Part shown: positions 12,660 through 25,065 of the stretch, in pieces
Layout: each line of letters starts with the position of its first letter
How positions within the stretch are numbered: the stretch's first letter is position 1
Origin: Octopus vulgaris
Lineage: Eukaryota
Assembly (NCBI GenBank): GCA_951406725.2
Contig: OX597828.1
Span: 18,910,001-18,974,000, forward strand
DNA: 64,000 nucleotides
Direction: 5' to 3'
The notes under the pieces: generated by a model
What the model was told of the DNA's origin: nothing
What the model saw: only the letters and a program-made list of their open reading frames with translations
Databases searched by the model: none
Made by a program: the position numbers and the translations under genes

Positions 12660-13060
12660 ATCCTTTTGCAAATGCATTCGTATTATTTTCGAAGTCCAGT
12701 TGAAGAATTCCAAAAATGCAATTGTGTTATTTTTGAAAATACAATGATGCTATTTTAAAAGTGCTGTTATGCTGTTCTGAAAGTGTAGTCAGCTCTAATT
12801 GAAAAGTGCAGTTGAGTGGTGAAAATTTAGAAATGCAATTATGGCTTTTTAGACATGCAGTTATATGGTTTCTGAAGTGCATTTGCACTATTTTCAAGGT
12901 GCAATTGAGAAATTTTGTAAATGCATTTGTACTAATTGAATGTTCAGTTCTGTTTTTTTTTTTTTTTTTTTTGGTTGTTTCATTTTTGTTAACCTTCACT
13001 GCACTGATTAAATTTTTTTGTGTGTTAGCGTGCAGATGCTGGATAAATTTGCTGAAACTG
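12660..13060 (+). repeat. Continuation of the degenerate ~22-bp GTGCAGTT minisatellite
   Basis: Same motif periodicity as 10545-11560. Confidence 0.65.
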
Positions 13061-13214
13061 GCTAAAATTTAAATTTGCAAGTTGCGTACACTTACAGTAA
13101 CTACGTCATATGAAATTTGGAGAATTCTGGAAAGTACCCACTGTCAAAATTGAGTTAAATCTTTAACTGCAAAATTAAGTTTCATGATCACTCCAGTAAT
13201 TAATAATAATAATA

Positions 13215-13647
13215 ATCTATTTTACTATAGGCACAAAGCCTTGAAACTTTGCGGGAGGGAAATTACCCCAGTGTGTAACTAGTACTTATTTCATCGACTC
13301 CAAAAAGGATGTATGGCAAAGTCGACCTCTGGAATTTGAACCCAGAATTTACAGGTGGACAAAATGCTTAGCAACATTTTGTCCAGCGTGCTAACAACTC
13401 TGCCAGCTCGCTCTCTTAATGGTAATAATAATAGTAATGATTTCAAATTTTGGCACAATGCCAGCAGGTTTGGGGAAGGGGGTAAGTCAATTAATATCAA
13501 TCCCAGTGTTCAAACTTGTACTTATTTTATCGCCCTCCCCAAAAGAATAAAAGTCAAAGTCAACCTTGGCAGAATTGGAACTCAGAATGCAAAGACTGAC
13601 GAAACGCTGTTAAACATTTTACCCATGGTTATGATTCTGCCAGCTCA
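13215..13647 (-). mobile_element. Two tandem Nin-domain SINEs with (TAA)n tails
   Basis: AAAGTC(G/A)ACCT...GAATT(T/G)GAAC...TGCCAGCTC occurs twice (about 13225-13415 and 13445-13647). Confidence 0.8.
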
Positions 13648-13785
<138 letters not shown>

Positions 13786-13795
13786 TGATAATTAT

Positions 13796-14147
13796 AACAA
13801 GAGCACTCAGAGAATGTAAACCTCTGACAAGGCAACACCAATGTCAGAGATGATTTTTAAAATGAGAATATTCTCAAATAAATTCGACTGCTCTCACAGA
13901 CGAGAATATTAAAAATGAACCCAACTGCTCTCAAAAATTAAGTAAAAAAAAAAACAGGAAAAATAATCCAGAATCTTTGTCCAGTACCAGACTGATCCCC
14001 AAATCTAATCAGTTTGTGTCAGTCATGCGGCCAAACATCCTTGAAAGTTTCATCCGAATCCATCCTGTGGTTCTTGAGATATCTTGTCGACTGATAAACA
14101 AACACAACTGAAAACAATACCTCCACCTTCGCTAAGGCAGAGTTAAT
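13796..14147 (+). mobile_element. DINE-1/HINE-like non-autonomous Helentron-associated element
   Basis: Starts AACAAGAG; subterminal AACCTCTGACAAGG; central AAGTTTCATCCGAATCC..GAGATATC..(CAAA)n; terminal hairpin ACCTCCACC-TTCGCTAA-GGCAGAGTT; AT-rich insertion site with no obvious TSD. Confidence 0.55.
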
Positions 14148-14179
14148 AATAATAGTAATAATAATAATAATAATAAACT

Positions 14180-14572
14180 TATTGTTTACCGTGCTCAGGT
14201 GCACTACAGCTTATCAGAAGAAGTAGTCAAAAATAGTAGAGCATGAACTGTATATACAAAATGCACAGGAAGTGAACCATAAATGAGTCATTTAAAAAAT
14301 ATGGTGGGGGAAGACATTAGGTGTTCTGTTGGTGAATTTCAGGAAGTTTTGAAGGATGTAGTGTCCTGACAACTAACAACTGATGCAGGTAATTTATTCC
14401 ATGCTTCAGCAATTCTGAGCGTGACAAAGTTTGTGTGTGAAAGTCATGGGTGCTATGTTGTTCTTTTGATTTTTGTAAGTATATGCACGAGTGTTAGACA
14501 TAAGGAATTCTAAAAGATATCCGAATTTTGTTGTTGGAAAGATGGTAGATAATATTCTGGATGTCTACCGAG
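14180..14572 (-). mobile_element. CR1-group LINE 3' fragment (decayed ORF2 C-terminus and 3' UTR)
   Basis: Minus-strand translation includes NTRAYTYK...HSTHDF...FVTLRIAEAWNKLPASVVSCQDTTSFKT, matching the CR1 TRGH..R..FF..R...WN.LP..VV....FK motif; frameshifted; (TAA)n at its end. Confidence 0.75.
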
Positions 14573-14589
14573 TCAGTTGCTAAATATCA

Positions 14590-14745
14590 GGGCTTGTGTG
14601 GTAAGTAGCTTGTCTACCAACCACATGGTTCCGGGTTCAGTCCCGCTGCGTGGCACCTTGGGCAAGTGTCTTCTACTATAGCCTCGGGCCGACCAAAGCC
14701 TTGTGAGTGAATTTGGTAGACGGAAACTGAAAGAGGCCCATCGTA

Positions 14746-14787
<42 letters not shown>

Positions 14788-14987
14788 TGTGTTTGTCCCC
14801 TAACATTGCTTGACAACTGATGCTGGTGTGTTTATGTCCCCGTTACTTAGTGGTTCGGCAAAAGAGGCCGATAGAATAAGTACTGGGCTTACAAAAGAAT
14901 AAGTTCCGGGGTCAAGTTGCTCGATTAAAGGCGGTGCTCCAGCATGGCCGCAGTCAAGTGACTGAAACAGTAAAAGAGTAAAGAGTA
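14590..14987 (+). mobile_element. tRNA/CORE SINE
   Basis: Near-consensus copy. Confidence 0.9.
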
Positions 14988-15403
14988 ATGATGTTAAATA
15001 CCTACCATAAAATAGAATTGGCATTTTCTGCAAGTCACATTGCCTCAATAAACTTGACATGTCTCAACACAAAAAAAGGTTTAAACATGACATTCCTCAA
15101 CAACTGATAGATTTGTAATATAAAACCGTTTTCCACAGCTAAAAGGCCAAACTCAGTTCCTGTGTCTTTCAAGTGCACATGCACTCGAACTGTATATTCT
15201 TAATTCCCACACGGTTGGGGTTAATCTAAATCTACGATATTCTTGAATTGCATTTTACAGAATTTTCAAAAATTATTTCTGGGAAAGTTAAACATGGTGT
15301 TCTTCACTTCATTCTACAGAAAGTGCTATAATGACAGCGGTGGTGAGGTTTGTTTCAGTTAAGTTGTTAAGGTGTCAAATAGAATGTGGTGTGATATTTG
15401 TTC

Positions 15404-15616
15404 TATGAAGGAGTGCTGAAAAGTCCCTGGCTCTAAGGGTATCACAAAAGGCCTGGTTGGAAACCCAACCTTTTTTATTCTTTTACAGGGCTTTGAAAAA
15501 CTGAAGGATCGCTGCAATAAGTGTGTGAATCTGAGAGGGGAACATGTTGAATAAAATCATTATTAACTGATCCTTTCTTTTACTCAAATCCAGGAACTTT
15601 TCAGCTTTACCTTATA
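15404..15616 (+). mobile_element. Mariner-derived MITE
   Basis: TA-flanked TIRs (GTGCTGAAAAGTCCCTGG / CCAGGAACTTTTCAGC); internal GFEKLKDRCNKCVNLRGEHVE* matches a mariner transposase C-terminus; sister copy at 20901-21120. Confidence 0.75.
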
Positions 15617-15654
15617 GTTAGTGATATATATATATATATATACATACATATATA

Positions 15655-15922
15655 TCATCATCATCATCATCGTTTAACGTCCACTTTCCATGCTAGCATG
15701 GGTTGGATGATTTGACTGGGGACTGGTGAGCCAGATGGCTGCACCAGGCTCCAATCTGATCTGGCAGAGTTTCTACAGCTGGATGCCCTTCTTAATGCCA
15801 ACCAGTCCGAGAGTGTAGTGGGTGCTTTTACATGCCACCGGCATGAGGGCCAGTCAGGCGGTACTGGCAACGGCCACACACAAATGGTGTTTTTTGTTTA
15901 CATGCCACTTGCACAGGAGCCA
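15655..15922 (-). mobile_element. SINE-like element with GGAAGGGCATCC domain (MetaSINE-like) and CGTTAAAC(GAT)n tail
   Basis: Homologues at about 24735-25065, 27905-28065, 43630-43871, 49645-49806, 54360-54560, 56115-56230 and 63540-63730. Confidence 0.75.
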
Positions 15923-15949
15923 ATATATATATATATACATATATATCTT

Positions 15950-16200
15950 TCATTATCTTTTATCGTTTACTAGTTTCAGCCCAGGGCTGAAGTTATGGTG
16001 GTGCACCACCTGTAGTTACTCAGTGTTGTTTCTGATATTGTTTTTGGTGAAGTAGCGAGTTGGATGGAGCTGCTCTTCTTTGCGTCTCCTGCCGCAATGT
16101 AGGTTCATCTGGTATCTCAGATAGAAACCTGTCCAGATTTATATAAATAACCAGGGCAGATAAACGTTGTTCTGGGTAGCACATTAAACTGCATGGCAGT
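15950..16200 (-). mobile_element. CR1/L2-group LINE 3' end
   Basis: Minus strand encodes MQFNVLPRT...LDRFLSEIPDEPTLRQETQRRAAPSNSL (typical FN.LP / LD.FL..IPDEP / RAA.SNSL C-terminus), followed by a short 3' UTR with a stem-loop. Confidence 0.75.
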
Positions 16201-16374
16201 TAAACTAGCTTGGCAGTTCTGTAGTTTTGAGGAGCATGGAGTCACTCCTTAATAACTGTGACTCCCAGGTTTGTTCTGGCCCTAAACAGTAACACCTGTC
16301 AGGGCCCTGCCTTTGGGATAAATAGATTTCCCAAGACCAGAGGAGACTCCCTTTATTTTGACAAAGCCATGCAG

Positions 16375-16636
16375 TCAACATAGTCCTAGTCATTTTTGCA
16401 ATGCTTGTCACTGGAACCTACTATGATGACCAAGAGAGTGGCAAAAGTCTAGTACAAGCTTCTGTCCATTGCATAACAAATGTCTCACTTTCATTTCATT
16501 TCTTGATCCATTTTGTATTTTAGATATAAAGTCATGTGTTGATGGATAATCCTTGCACATTCAAAGATGAAAGTAAATTACAACATTCGGGATGAATGTG
16601 AGATGACTGTTATCTGACGAGATGAGACAATCATCG
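16375..16636. repeat. Unclassified dispersed repeat; second copy at 58135-58420
   Basis: Shared ACCAAGAGAGTGGCA, TCATTTCATTTCTTGATCCATTTTGTATTTT, GATGAAAGTAAAT and AGATGAGACAA blocks in the same order. Confidence 0.7.
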
Positions 16637-16677
16637 TGTGTGTTTGTGTGTGTATGTGTATGTATATGGTAAATATA

Positions 16678-16805
16678 GGTGTAGGAGTGGCTGTGTGGTA
16701 AGTAGCTTGCTTACGAACCACCTGGTTCCGGGTTTCTACTATAGCCTCGGATCAACCAAAGTCTTGTGAATGGATTTGGTAGACAGAAGCTGAAAGAAGC
16801 CCATC

Positions 16806-16845
<40 letters not shown>

Positions 16846-17064
16846 ATATACGTTTGTGTGTCTGTGTTTGTCCTCCCAACATCGCTTGACAACTGATGCT
16901 GGTGTGTTTACGTCCCTGTAACTTAGCTGTTCGGCAAAAGAGACCGATAGATTAAGCACTAGGCTTACAAAGAATAAGTCCTAGGGTTGATTTGCTTGAC
17001 TAAAAAAGGCGGTGCTCCAGCATGACCACAGTCAAATGCCTGAAACAAGTAAAAGAGTAAAAGA
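16678..17064 (+). mobile_element. tRNA/CORE SINE
   Basis: Consensus match with a small deletion after the B-box. Confidence 0.85.
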
Positions 17065-17157
17065 ATATATATATATAAGTCCTGTTTTGACTTTCTCCCT
17101 CAAAATAACTATATATGTGTGATTATTAATTTAATATGTGTGTGTGTGTGTGCATTT

Positions 17158-17207
<50 letters not shown>

Positions 17208-17900
17208 ATATGTATGTATGTGTACATTTGTCACCTTGTCTTGATATTGTGTAATAGGTGTAAAACATGTATCACCAACATGCCGCTATTGTCCTTCAAT
17301 TCCAGTCTTCTGTGCAAACAAACATGTCTAGCCAAAAGGAAAGTATCTACTTACTTCGGAACAGTTGAGGGTTACAGACAGGAAGAGCATCCAGCTGTAA
17401 AAAACAAACACAAACAAGAAAAAAAATTTACCACAGCAAATTCTGTCTGACACATGCAAGCATTGAAAAGTGGAGACATTAAACGAATCTAATGATGATA
17501 CTTGTAACCAACGCTTCTATGGAAAAACGGCTGTAAAAATGAACAAAGACGTGAACAACATATATATATCTATATGTGTGTATGGACATATTTACATACA
17601 TGTACGGACATATATATTATAAATTGGTATTTTCATGCGTATGTTCCATGCAATAAATTTTTTTTTTTCTTAGTTGCTTAACATCACTCCATATTTATCA
17701 TGGGGACTAATGTCGCAGTTCTAAATATCGTAATTTATTGTTAATTCATGTATTGAGCACTTTGTGGTATTACGCCTCAATGCCTCAGATTAGATCAAAC
17801 GGAATTTGTCGTGTTCGACATACACAAGCACAAACACTCATGCTCACACACACACACACACACACGCATATATTCTATATACACACTCTTATGTATGTAC

Positions 17901-17937
<37 letters not shown>

Positions 17938-18053
17938 TAGATATAAATATGTATGTATGTATATCTATGTAGACATATATATGGACAAATATTTATCCTG
18001 ATGCTTTTATATGCAAAACAAGTGTCTCCATATTATGTATACATTACAGTGTA

Positions 18054-18085
<32 letters not shown>

Positions 18086-18292
18086 CAAATTTTTGCAACA
18101 CAAAAGCTCACAGTTAACCTATTTGGAAGTTGCTTTGATATGACATTTTCTATTATCCTCATTATATGGTGTGTCATACATCATTTCTTCTGTACGATAT
18201 CACCTTTACATTGCCTTATGATATTGATTATACATCTACAGAAGTGTGTTTATGTATGAGCATGTGTGTATATATACATACATATATATATG

Positions 18293-18356
<64 letters not shown>

Positions 18357-18558
18357 CACATGCATGCACATACATACAGATATGTATATATATAATGCGT
18401 TTAAAATGCTGTTCGTATCACATGTATTTATATACTGCATATACTTGAATATCTATTTCTCTTTCTGTCTTGTAAATCTCTGTGTGGGTGTCAGTGCATT
18501 TATATGCATGTATATATATATATATACACATACATACATATATATATATTATACGATA

Positions 18559-18679
18559 TTATAGTCCTATAACAGCCAAATTGCCAATTAGTTTCATACT
18601 CGTAGTTAAGAATTATCTTTGGGGTTGGTTCTCAACTGTTGTAAAATCTATTGGCTATTTGGTTGTTATGAGATTATAA
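18559..18679. repeat. Old imperfect inverted repeat (~40-bp arms) next to (TA)n
   Basis: TATAGTCCTATAACAGCCAAATTGCCAATTAG pairs with TCTATTGGCTATTTGGTTGTTATGAGATTATA. Confidence 0.7.
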
Positions 18680-19179
18680 CATTATTTACTATTAATTATA
18701 GAAATAATATACCCATTTTATTAACTAATTTAGAATGTCTATTTTTACTGGCTCATGGAATCGAATTTTAGACAACCATCATGGAAAAGTGGATGTTTAA
18801 ACGATGATGGTAATGAACTATATATATAGTCATGGTTGTTTGGTAAAAGGTTTTCTTCTCACCCATGTATTCCCAGGTTCAGTCACACTGTGTGGCACCT
18901 TGAGAAAGTTTCTTTTAATATAGCCCTGGGACAATTAAAGCTTTGTGAGTGGATTTGGTAGACAGAAACAGAAAGAAGCCTGTCGTGTGTATGTGTGAAT
19001 ATAAGGAGAGGGATGTGCCTCCTTGCCTTGACATCATGGAAGAAGTGTCTTCCATGAGAACATGTCTTTGGGTTACTAAAAAGTGAATGTTAATTGATGA
19101 TATATATATATATATATACACATACATATATCTATGTATGTATCTATATATATATATCATCATCATCATCATCATCATA

Positions 19180-19873
19180 AGGAGTGGCTGTGTGGTTAGT
19201 AGCTCGCTTCCCAACCACATGGTTCCAAGTTCAGTTCCACTGTGTGGCGCCTTGGGCGAGTGTCTTCTACTATAGCCTCAGGCTGACCAAAGACTTGTGA
19301 GTGGATTTAGTAGAAGGAAACTGATAGAAGCCCGTGGTGTGTATATGTGTATGTGTATATGTTTGTGTATCTGTGTTTGTCCCCACAACATCGCTTGACA
19401 ACCGATGTTGGTGTCTTTACATCCCTGCAAGTTAGCAGTTCGGCCAATGAGTCTAATAGAATAAGTACTAAGCTTATTAAGAATAAGGCTGAGGTCAATT
19501 TGTTCGTCTAAAGGTGGTGCTCCAGCCTGGCTACAGTCCAATGACAAACAAATAAAAGAATATGTATGTATACATATATATATATATATATATATATAAA
19601 TATATATATATTATGTATATATAAAATCTTAAAATCTTTTACTTGTTTCAGTCATTGGACTGTGGCCATGCTGGAGCACTACCTTAAACAGTTTAATAAA
19701 ACAAATCAACCCCAATATTTATTTTTTTAATCTTAATACTTATTCGTTTGACTTCTTTTGCAGAACCACCAAGTTGCAGGGATGCTTGGTGGTGAACTAA
19801 CACCCACATCCACCCACACACACATGCACACACACACACACACACACGTGCATACATGCATGTTCACACACTC

Positions 19874-19911
<38 letters not shown>

Positions 19912-20078
19912 GTATGTACAAACAATAGTCTTTCAGCTTCTGTCAACCAAATTTACTCACAAGGCTTTGGTTGGCCTGAGGCTTTAGTAGAAGACACTTG
20001 CCCAAGGTGCCACACAGTGTGATTGAACCCGGAACCATGTTGTTGGGAATGAAACTCCTTACCATACAGCCACACCTA
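19180..20078. mobile_element. Tail-to-tail pair of tRNA/CORE SINEs (19180-19560 plus, 19630-20078 minus) separated by (TA)n
   Basis: Both copies are near full-length and in opposite orientation. Confidence 0.8.
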
Positions 20079-20460
20079 TCATCCTCATCATTGTTTGAAC
20101 ATTTCCTTTTGTATGCTTGCGTAGATCAGCAAAAATCAGCAAATTGACTCGAGGCACTGAATTAGCCAAGTCATTAACACTTCAAATAAAAAGCCTGAAG
20201 GCATACATTCCGACTCTCTGTAATCTCAGCTCAACTCTGTGACCTCAAGTACTGCTGAGGTTAACTTAGGTGCAGGTGTGGCTGTGTGTCTTTATGAAGT
20301 TCATTTCTCATTCACATGATTTCAGTTTCAATCCAGTTGTGTGGCATCTTGAGAAGTATTTTCTGCTCTATAGCATCAGGCCAACCAAAGTCTTTGGAGT
20401 GGATTTAGATATGGATTTGTATTTTGGTAGACGGAAACTTTCAAGTGTTTAGTTGGCCAC

Positions 20461-20620
20461 AGGAGTGGCTGTGTGGTAAGTAGCTTGCTAACCAACCACA
20501 TGGTTGCAGGTTCAGTCCCACTGCGTCGCATCTTGGGCAAGTGTCTTCTGCTATAGCCCCGGGCCGACCACTGCCTTGTGAGTGGATTTGGTAGACGGAA
20601 ACTGAAAGAAGCCTGTTGTA

Positions 20621-20677
<57 letters not shown>

Positions 20678-20883
20678 CTGTGTTTGTCCCCCGAGCATTG
20701 CTTGACAACCGATGCTGGTGTGTTTACGTCCCCGTCACTTAGCGGTTCGGCAAAAGAGACCGATAAAATAAGTAGTAGGTTTACAAAGAATAAGTCCTGG
20801 CGTCGATGTGCTCGACTAAAGGTGGTGCTCCAGCATGGCCGCAGTCAAATGACTGAAACAAGTAAAAGAGTAAAGAGTAAGAG
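20461..20883 (+). mobile_element. Young full-length tRNA/CORE SINE, preceded by an older head at 20270-20440
   Basis: CpG-rich near-consensus copy. Confidence 0.9.
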
Positions 20884-20900
20884 ATATTCACACCACTACA

Positions 20901-21120
20901 TACGAGGATTACTGAAAAGTACCTGGCTTTGGGTAAAAGATAATACAGGAAGATTAGTTAGCTATGATTTTATTCAGTATATTCGTCTCTCAGATTCGCA
21001 CATTTATTGCCGTGGGCCTTCAGATTTTCTAAGCCCTGTAAACGAACTCAGAAGTTTAGGCCTCCAGTCAGGCCTTTCACAATACCCTTAAAGCCAGGAA
21101 CTTTTCAGTACCCCCTCATA
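20901..21120. mobile_element. Mariner-derived MITE
   Basis: TACGAGG.TTACTGAAAAGTACCTGGCTTT ... AAAGCCAGGAACTTTTCAGTACCCCCTCATA terminal inverted repeats with TA ends. Confidence 0.8.
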
Positions 21121-21159
21121 TATTTATTCCTGATAATTTATTTTATCCATCTTTATTTG

Positions 21160-21471
21160 TCAATCTGCTAAGTTATAAGACCACACAAACAATACTGGTT
21201 GTTGAGTGGTATAAATGTAAGCACATACATGCACAGATACTTGTGTTTGTGCATTTGTTTTACATTTGTTTTTCTATGCTGGCATGGGTAACATGAATGC
21301 ATATTGACGGTCTTCATATCATTAAGCTTCACATGCTTTTCAAGTAAAGCAATGTCCATTCCACTTGTAAATGAAAGTTCCAAGCTAGCAGACAAGTTGC
21401 TGACAGGGAAAATCTGAACAAATGTTTTAAGAGCAGCACAGGATATACACATTCATTCAGACACACGGACT

Positions 21472-21563
<92 letters not shown>

Positions 21564-21770
21564 CACACATGCACACACACACACAGAGTTAAAATTAAGG
21601 GATTTAAAGAATCAAAGATATCTCACATTAAGTTCTCGACCAAGTACATGGCTAACAAGAATGACTATGGTTGAGATAAGAATGAGCTTCCATGTCATTC
21701 TGAAAATCCATGAGATACAACAGTTGACAGAATGTATATAAATAGAATAGATAAGAGAAGTGAGATGAAA
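21160..21770. repeat. ~500-600-bp segment duplicated at 27431-27905
   Basis: Shared TCAATCTGCTAA, GCTTTTCAAGTAAAGCAAT.TCCATTCCACTTGTA, GATCTCACATTAAGTTCTC-like and CATGGCTAACAAGAATG blocks. Confidence 0.75.
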
Positions 21771-22284
21771 GAGTAGCTGTTTATTCCATTTGTTTACAGT
21801 TGTTTCAACAAGATTACGAAACAGCTGTCTTTACGTGCTGAGTTCAAATTCCGCAGAGGTTGACTTTGCCTTTCATCCCTTTCGGGGTTAATAAATTAAG
21901 TACCAGTCGCATACTGGGGTAGATCTAAACGCTAAACGATGATGATGATGATGATGATAAACACACGTATACACACACTGAGCTTGTACTGTTTATGACT
22001 TAAAATACACCCACAAGATATTGGTCAACTGAAGACTGTTGTAGAACACCAGAAAGACATGCCTGCACTTCCAGACTACACATCCATGTCTGTTATACAA
22101 ATGCACACACATACACTTGCAAACGCATGCGCACGTATATGGCAGTGCAAAGTTTGGCATGCTGTTAGTGTTAGTTATAGATTTACCATAAAGACTGTAT
22201 TGTAACTTTGACACCACATTATGACAGTGTGTGTGTGTGCGCGACTGCATGCATACCTATCTGTCTATATATATATATATATAT

Positions 22285-22340
<56 letters not shown>

Positions 22341-22353
22341 ATATGTATGTATG

Positions 22354-22396
<43 letters not shown>

Positions 22397-23330
22397 ATAT
22401 ATATATGTGTATGTATGTATATATATATATATATATATATGTGCATGTATGTATGTATGTAAAACATACATATATCTATGCATATATATATATATAAAAC
22501 ATTCATGTAAGTATGTCTATATATACACACACATGCACTCATTAATAATGGAGTCTTGCTGTGGTCATTTAGCCCCAGGTCAGACATACTAAAGTAGGTC
22601 TGTGATTGATCAATAACTTTACATCTATAACCATCACAGCATTCCACACTTTGTACTACAACTACACTCTCCAACATACATTCGTCCTTTCCTTTCTTTA
22701 AGACGGTAGGGCATCACTTTCTATTTCTAGCAATTCAACTGACTGCATAAATTTCTCTCCCTGATTAGCTGTTCATTGGGAAAGTGTTACATTGGGCCTG
22801 CATTTATTTTATATCTAATGATTCCCATAAGTTAAACAGTCTGTATGAGGTGGTGTGGAAGTTGGGACTACTGTCTGTGAACAGACCATATTTTCCCTCT
22901 CCCTCCCACCCTCCTTCCCTTCCTCTCTCTCTCTCTCTCTTTCTCTCTGCAGATAACAAATATCTCTGCTAAATTTCCCGCGCCATGGACGGGAATGGAA
23001 TGCAAGTAATTTTCTATGCACTCAACTCAGATGTCTATCACCTACCCTACTTAGAACCGACAGCAATCAGGGATCCCTCTACCTTATTTCTCAGCCTGCT
23101 AGAAACAACAACCAAATCTCTTTCATCTCACCTCAGAGCCTAAGTCTAAACCTCAAATCACATCCTACGGTTTCAAGAAAAGAAAAAAAAAAAAAAGTCA
23201 CAGTGAACAACATAGTTCCAAAATATAATTCGATAAAAATCTAAGAACGGATGGTCAATATTGAAACACCTTTCCTCATAAATCTGCATGATCAGGTTTA
23301 ACACAAGACAAAGCAAATACTTCACTATAT

Positions 23331-23577
23331 CAGTAGTTCTCAACTGGGGTTTGTATAACCCTTGGCAGGGTCCACAGATTTTGTTAAAATTTATACCTAA
23401 TAAATTGATTGTACTTCAACAATACATAAAATATATCTAATTTTTTATGCAGTTCCTAATAACATTTATTTATAGAAATATAATAGGATTTTTTTAAACA
23501 TTCAATGGCTAGGAGGGTCCATCTGAGCAAAGTAGGAATCAAAGGGGTCCATTAGTTAAAATGGTTGAGAACCACAG
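23331..23577. mobile_element. hAT-like MITE
   Basis: TIR CAGTAGTTCTCAAC / GTTGAGAACCACAG; degenerate 8-bp TSD CACTATAT / CACTTATG. Confidence 0.7.
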
Positions 23578-24494
23578 CACTTATGCCAATCTATAAAAGA
23601 CGGCATCTCTGCTCTGTTACTTGATTCTACAGCCAAATTTTAACTTCATTTCGCTTCAAGACCTCAAATCATATCCTACTGTCTTGGGAAAAGAAAATGA
23701 AAGTCACACCTAATAATACGGTTCCAAGACATAAACTGAATGAAAATCTAAGATGAAATGGTCATGGCTGGAATGCCTTTGGTTTTAAATTTGCTTGATC
23801 AAAGACTAACATGGGGCAGAACAGAAGTATTTCACTATACAAAGCTATTAGAGAGATTATCTGCTTTTTGCATGACCCTTTGCTAAAAACAGCTACCAAA
23901 TCACCCTGAAATCACATCTTAGACTCTTGTTCGTTTAACGTCTGCTTTCCATGCTAGCATGGGTTAAAAAATATATTATACTAAAAGAATTAATACTGTA
24001 CTCTTAGAGACAACTATTGTTCTTGCTTAGCTCATGATCAAACCTGCTTTGATCAAAGTTGTTCCATCCTTGACCATCCTGGTTTATCTTCAAACAATAT
24101 ATATTTTATAGATTGGCATCAATGTCCTCAGCAGCAGCAGCAACAGTATTCTATGTTTGCTTGTCCATGCTGGCATGGATCAGATGGATTTTCTGAGACA
24201 GTGTTTTAAAGTTGGATGCTCTTCCTGTCACCAACACTTCTCTGTCACTCCTTGCAAAATGCCAGATCACAGCTTAACTATTCTGTAAATGTGGTACATA
24301 TAGCAATAATATATTTAGATTAGTAAAACCTGGGCAAGTGTCTTTCTGCTATTGCCCCTGGCTGAGTGATGCCTTGTGACTGAATTTGATTGACAGAAAC
24401 TGTGCAGAAGCCCATTGCATACATATATGTGTGTATGTGTGTCTCTATGTGTGTGTGTGTGTCTGTGTATATATATACACACACACACACACAG

Positions 24495-24669
24495 AGTTTT
24501 GTTGGCGATTTCTTTTCCTTTTCTGGACTTTTCCTTTTTTTTCTTTCTGATGAAGAGCTATGCTTGAAGCATCAATAATTCTTTCTTTTTACTGAACATC
24601 AAACTAATACATTCCTTGTGCATATCTTGTTTGCTATTGCTTTTAATTTTATTGTTTGTTTATTTGAAT

Positions 24670-24672
<3 letters not shown>
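24495..24672 (+). mobile_element. Decayed copy of the ~200-bp hammerhead-carrying element, nested in a split CORE SINE (24328-25370)
   Basis: CTGATGA-A GAGC TAT GCTT-GAAGCATC at 24547-24573; flanks homologous to 9350-9549 and 57198-57390. Confidence 0.55.
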
Positions 24673-24724
<52 letters not shown>

Positions 24725-24734
24725 TATATATATC

Positions 24735-25065
24735 ATCATATCACCATCATCATCATTTAACATCCGTTGTCCATGCTAGCATGGCTTAGATGGTTTGACC
24801 AGGGCTGGTAAGCTGGAAGGCTGCACTAGACTCCTGTCTAATTTGGCATGGTTTTCTTCAGCTGGATGCCCTTCCTAACACCAAACACTCTGAGAGTGTA
24901 ATGGCACAGGTGCCATTTGCGTGACACCAGTATCTGCCATGACTGCGATTCTGCTTGGCTTGATGGGTCTTCTTCTCAAGCACGACATAATGCCAAAGGT
25001 CTTGGTTATTGCATCCGTGAGGCCCAGCACTCAGAAGGAACTCGGCCACTTTGCCTCTCTCTTGA
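24735..25065 (-). mobile_element. GGAAGGGCATCC-domain SINE-like element
   Basis: CAGCTGGATGCCCTTCCTAACACC and (CAT)n tail on plus strand. Confidence 0.75.

Noticed and set aside
13594-13610. CTGACGAAAC
   Set aside because: Part of a Nin-SINE head with no helix II; chance match.
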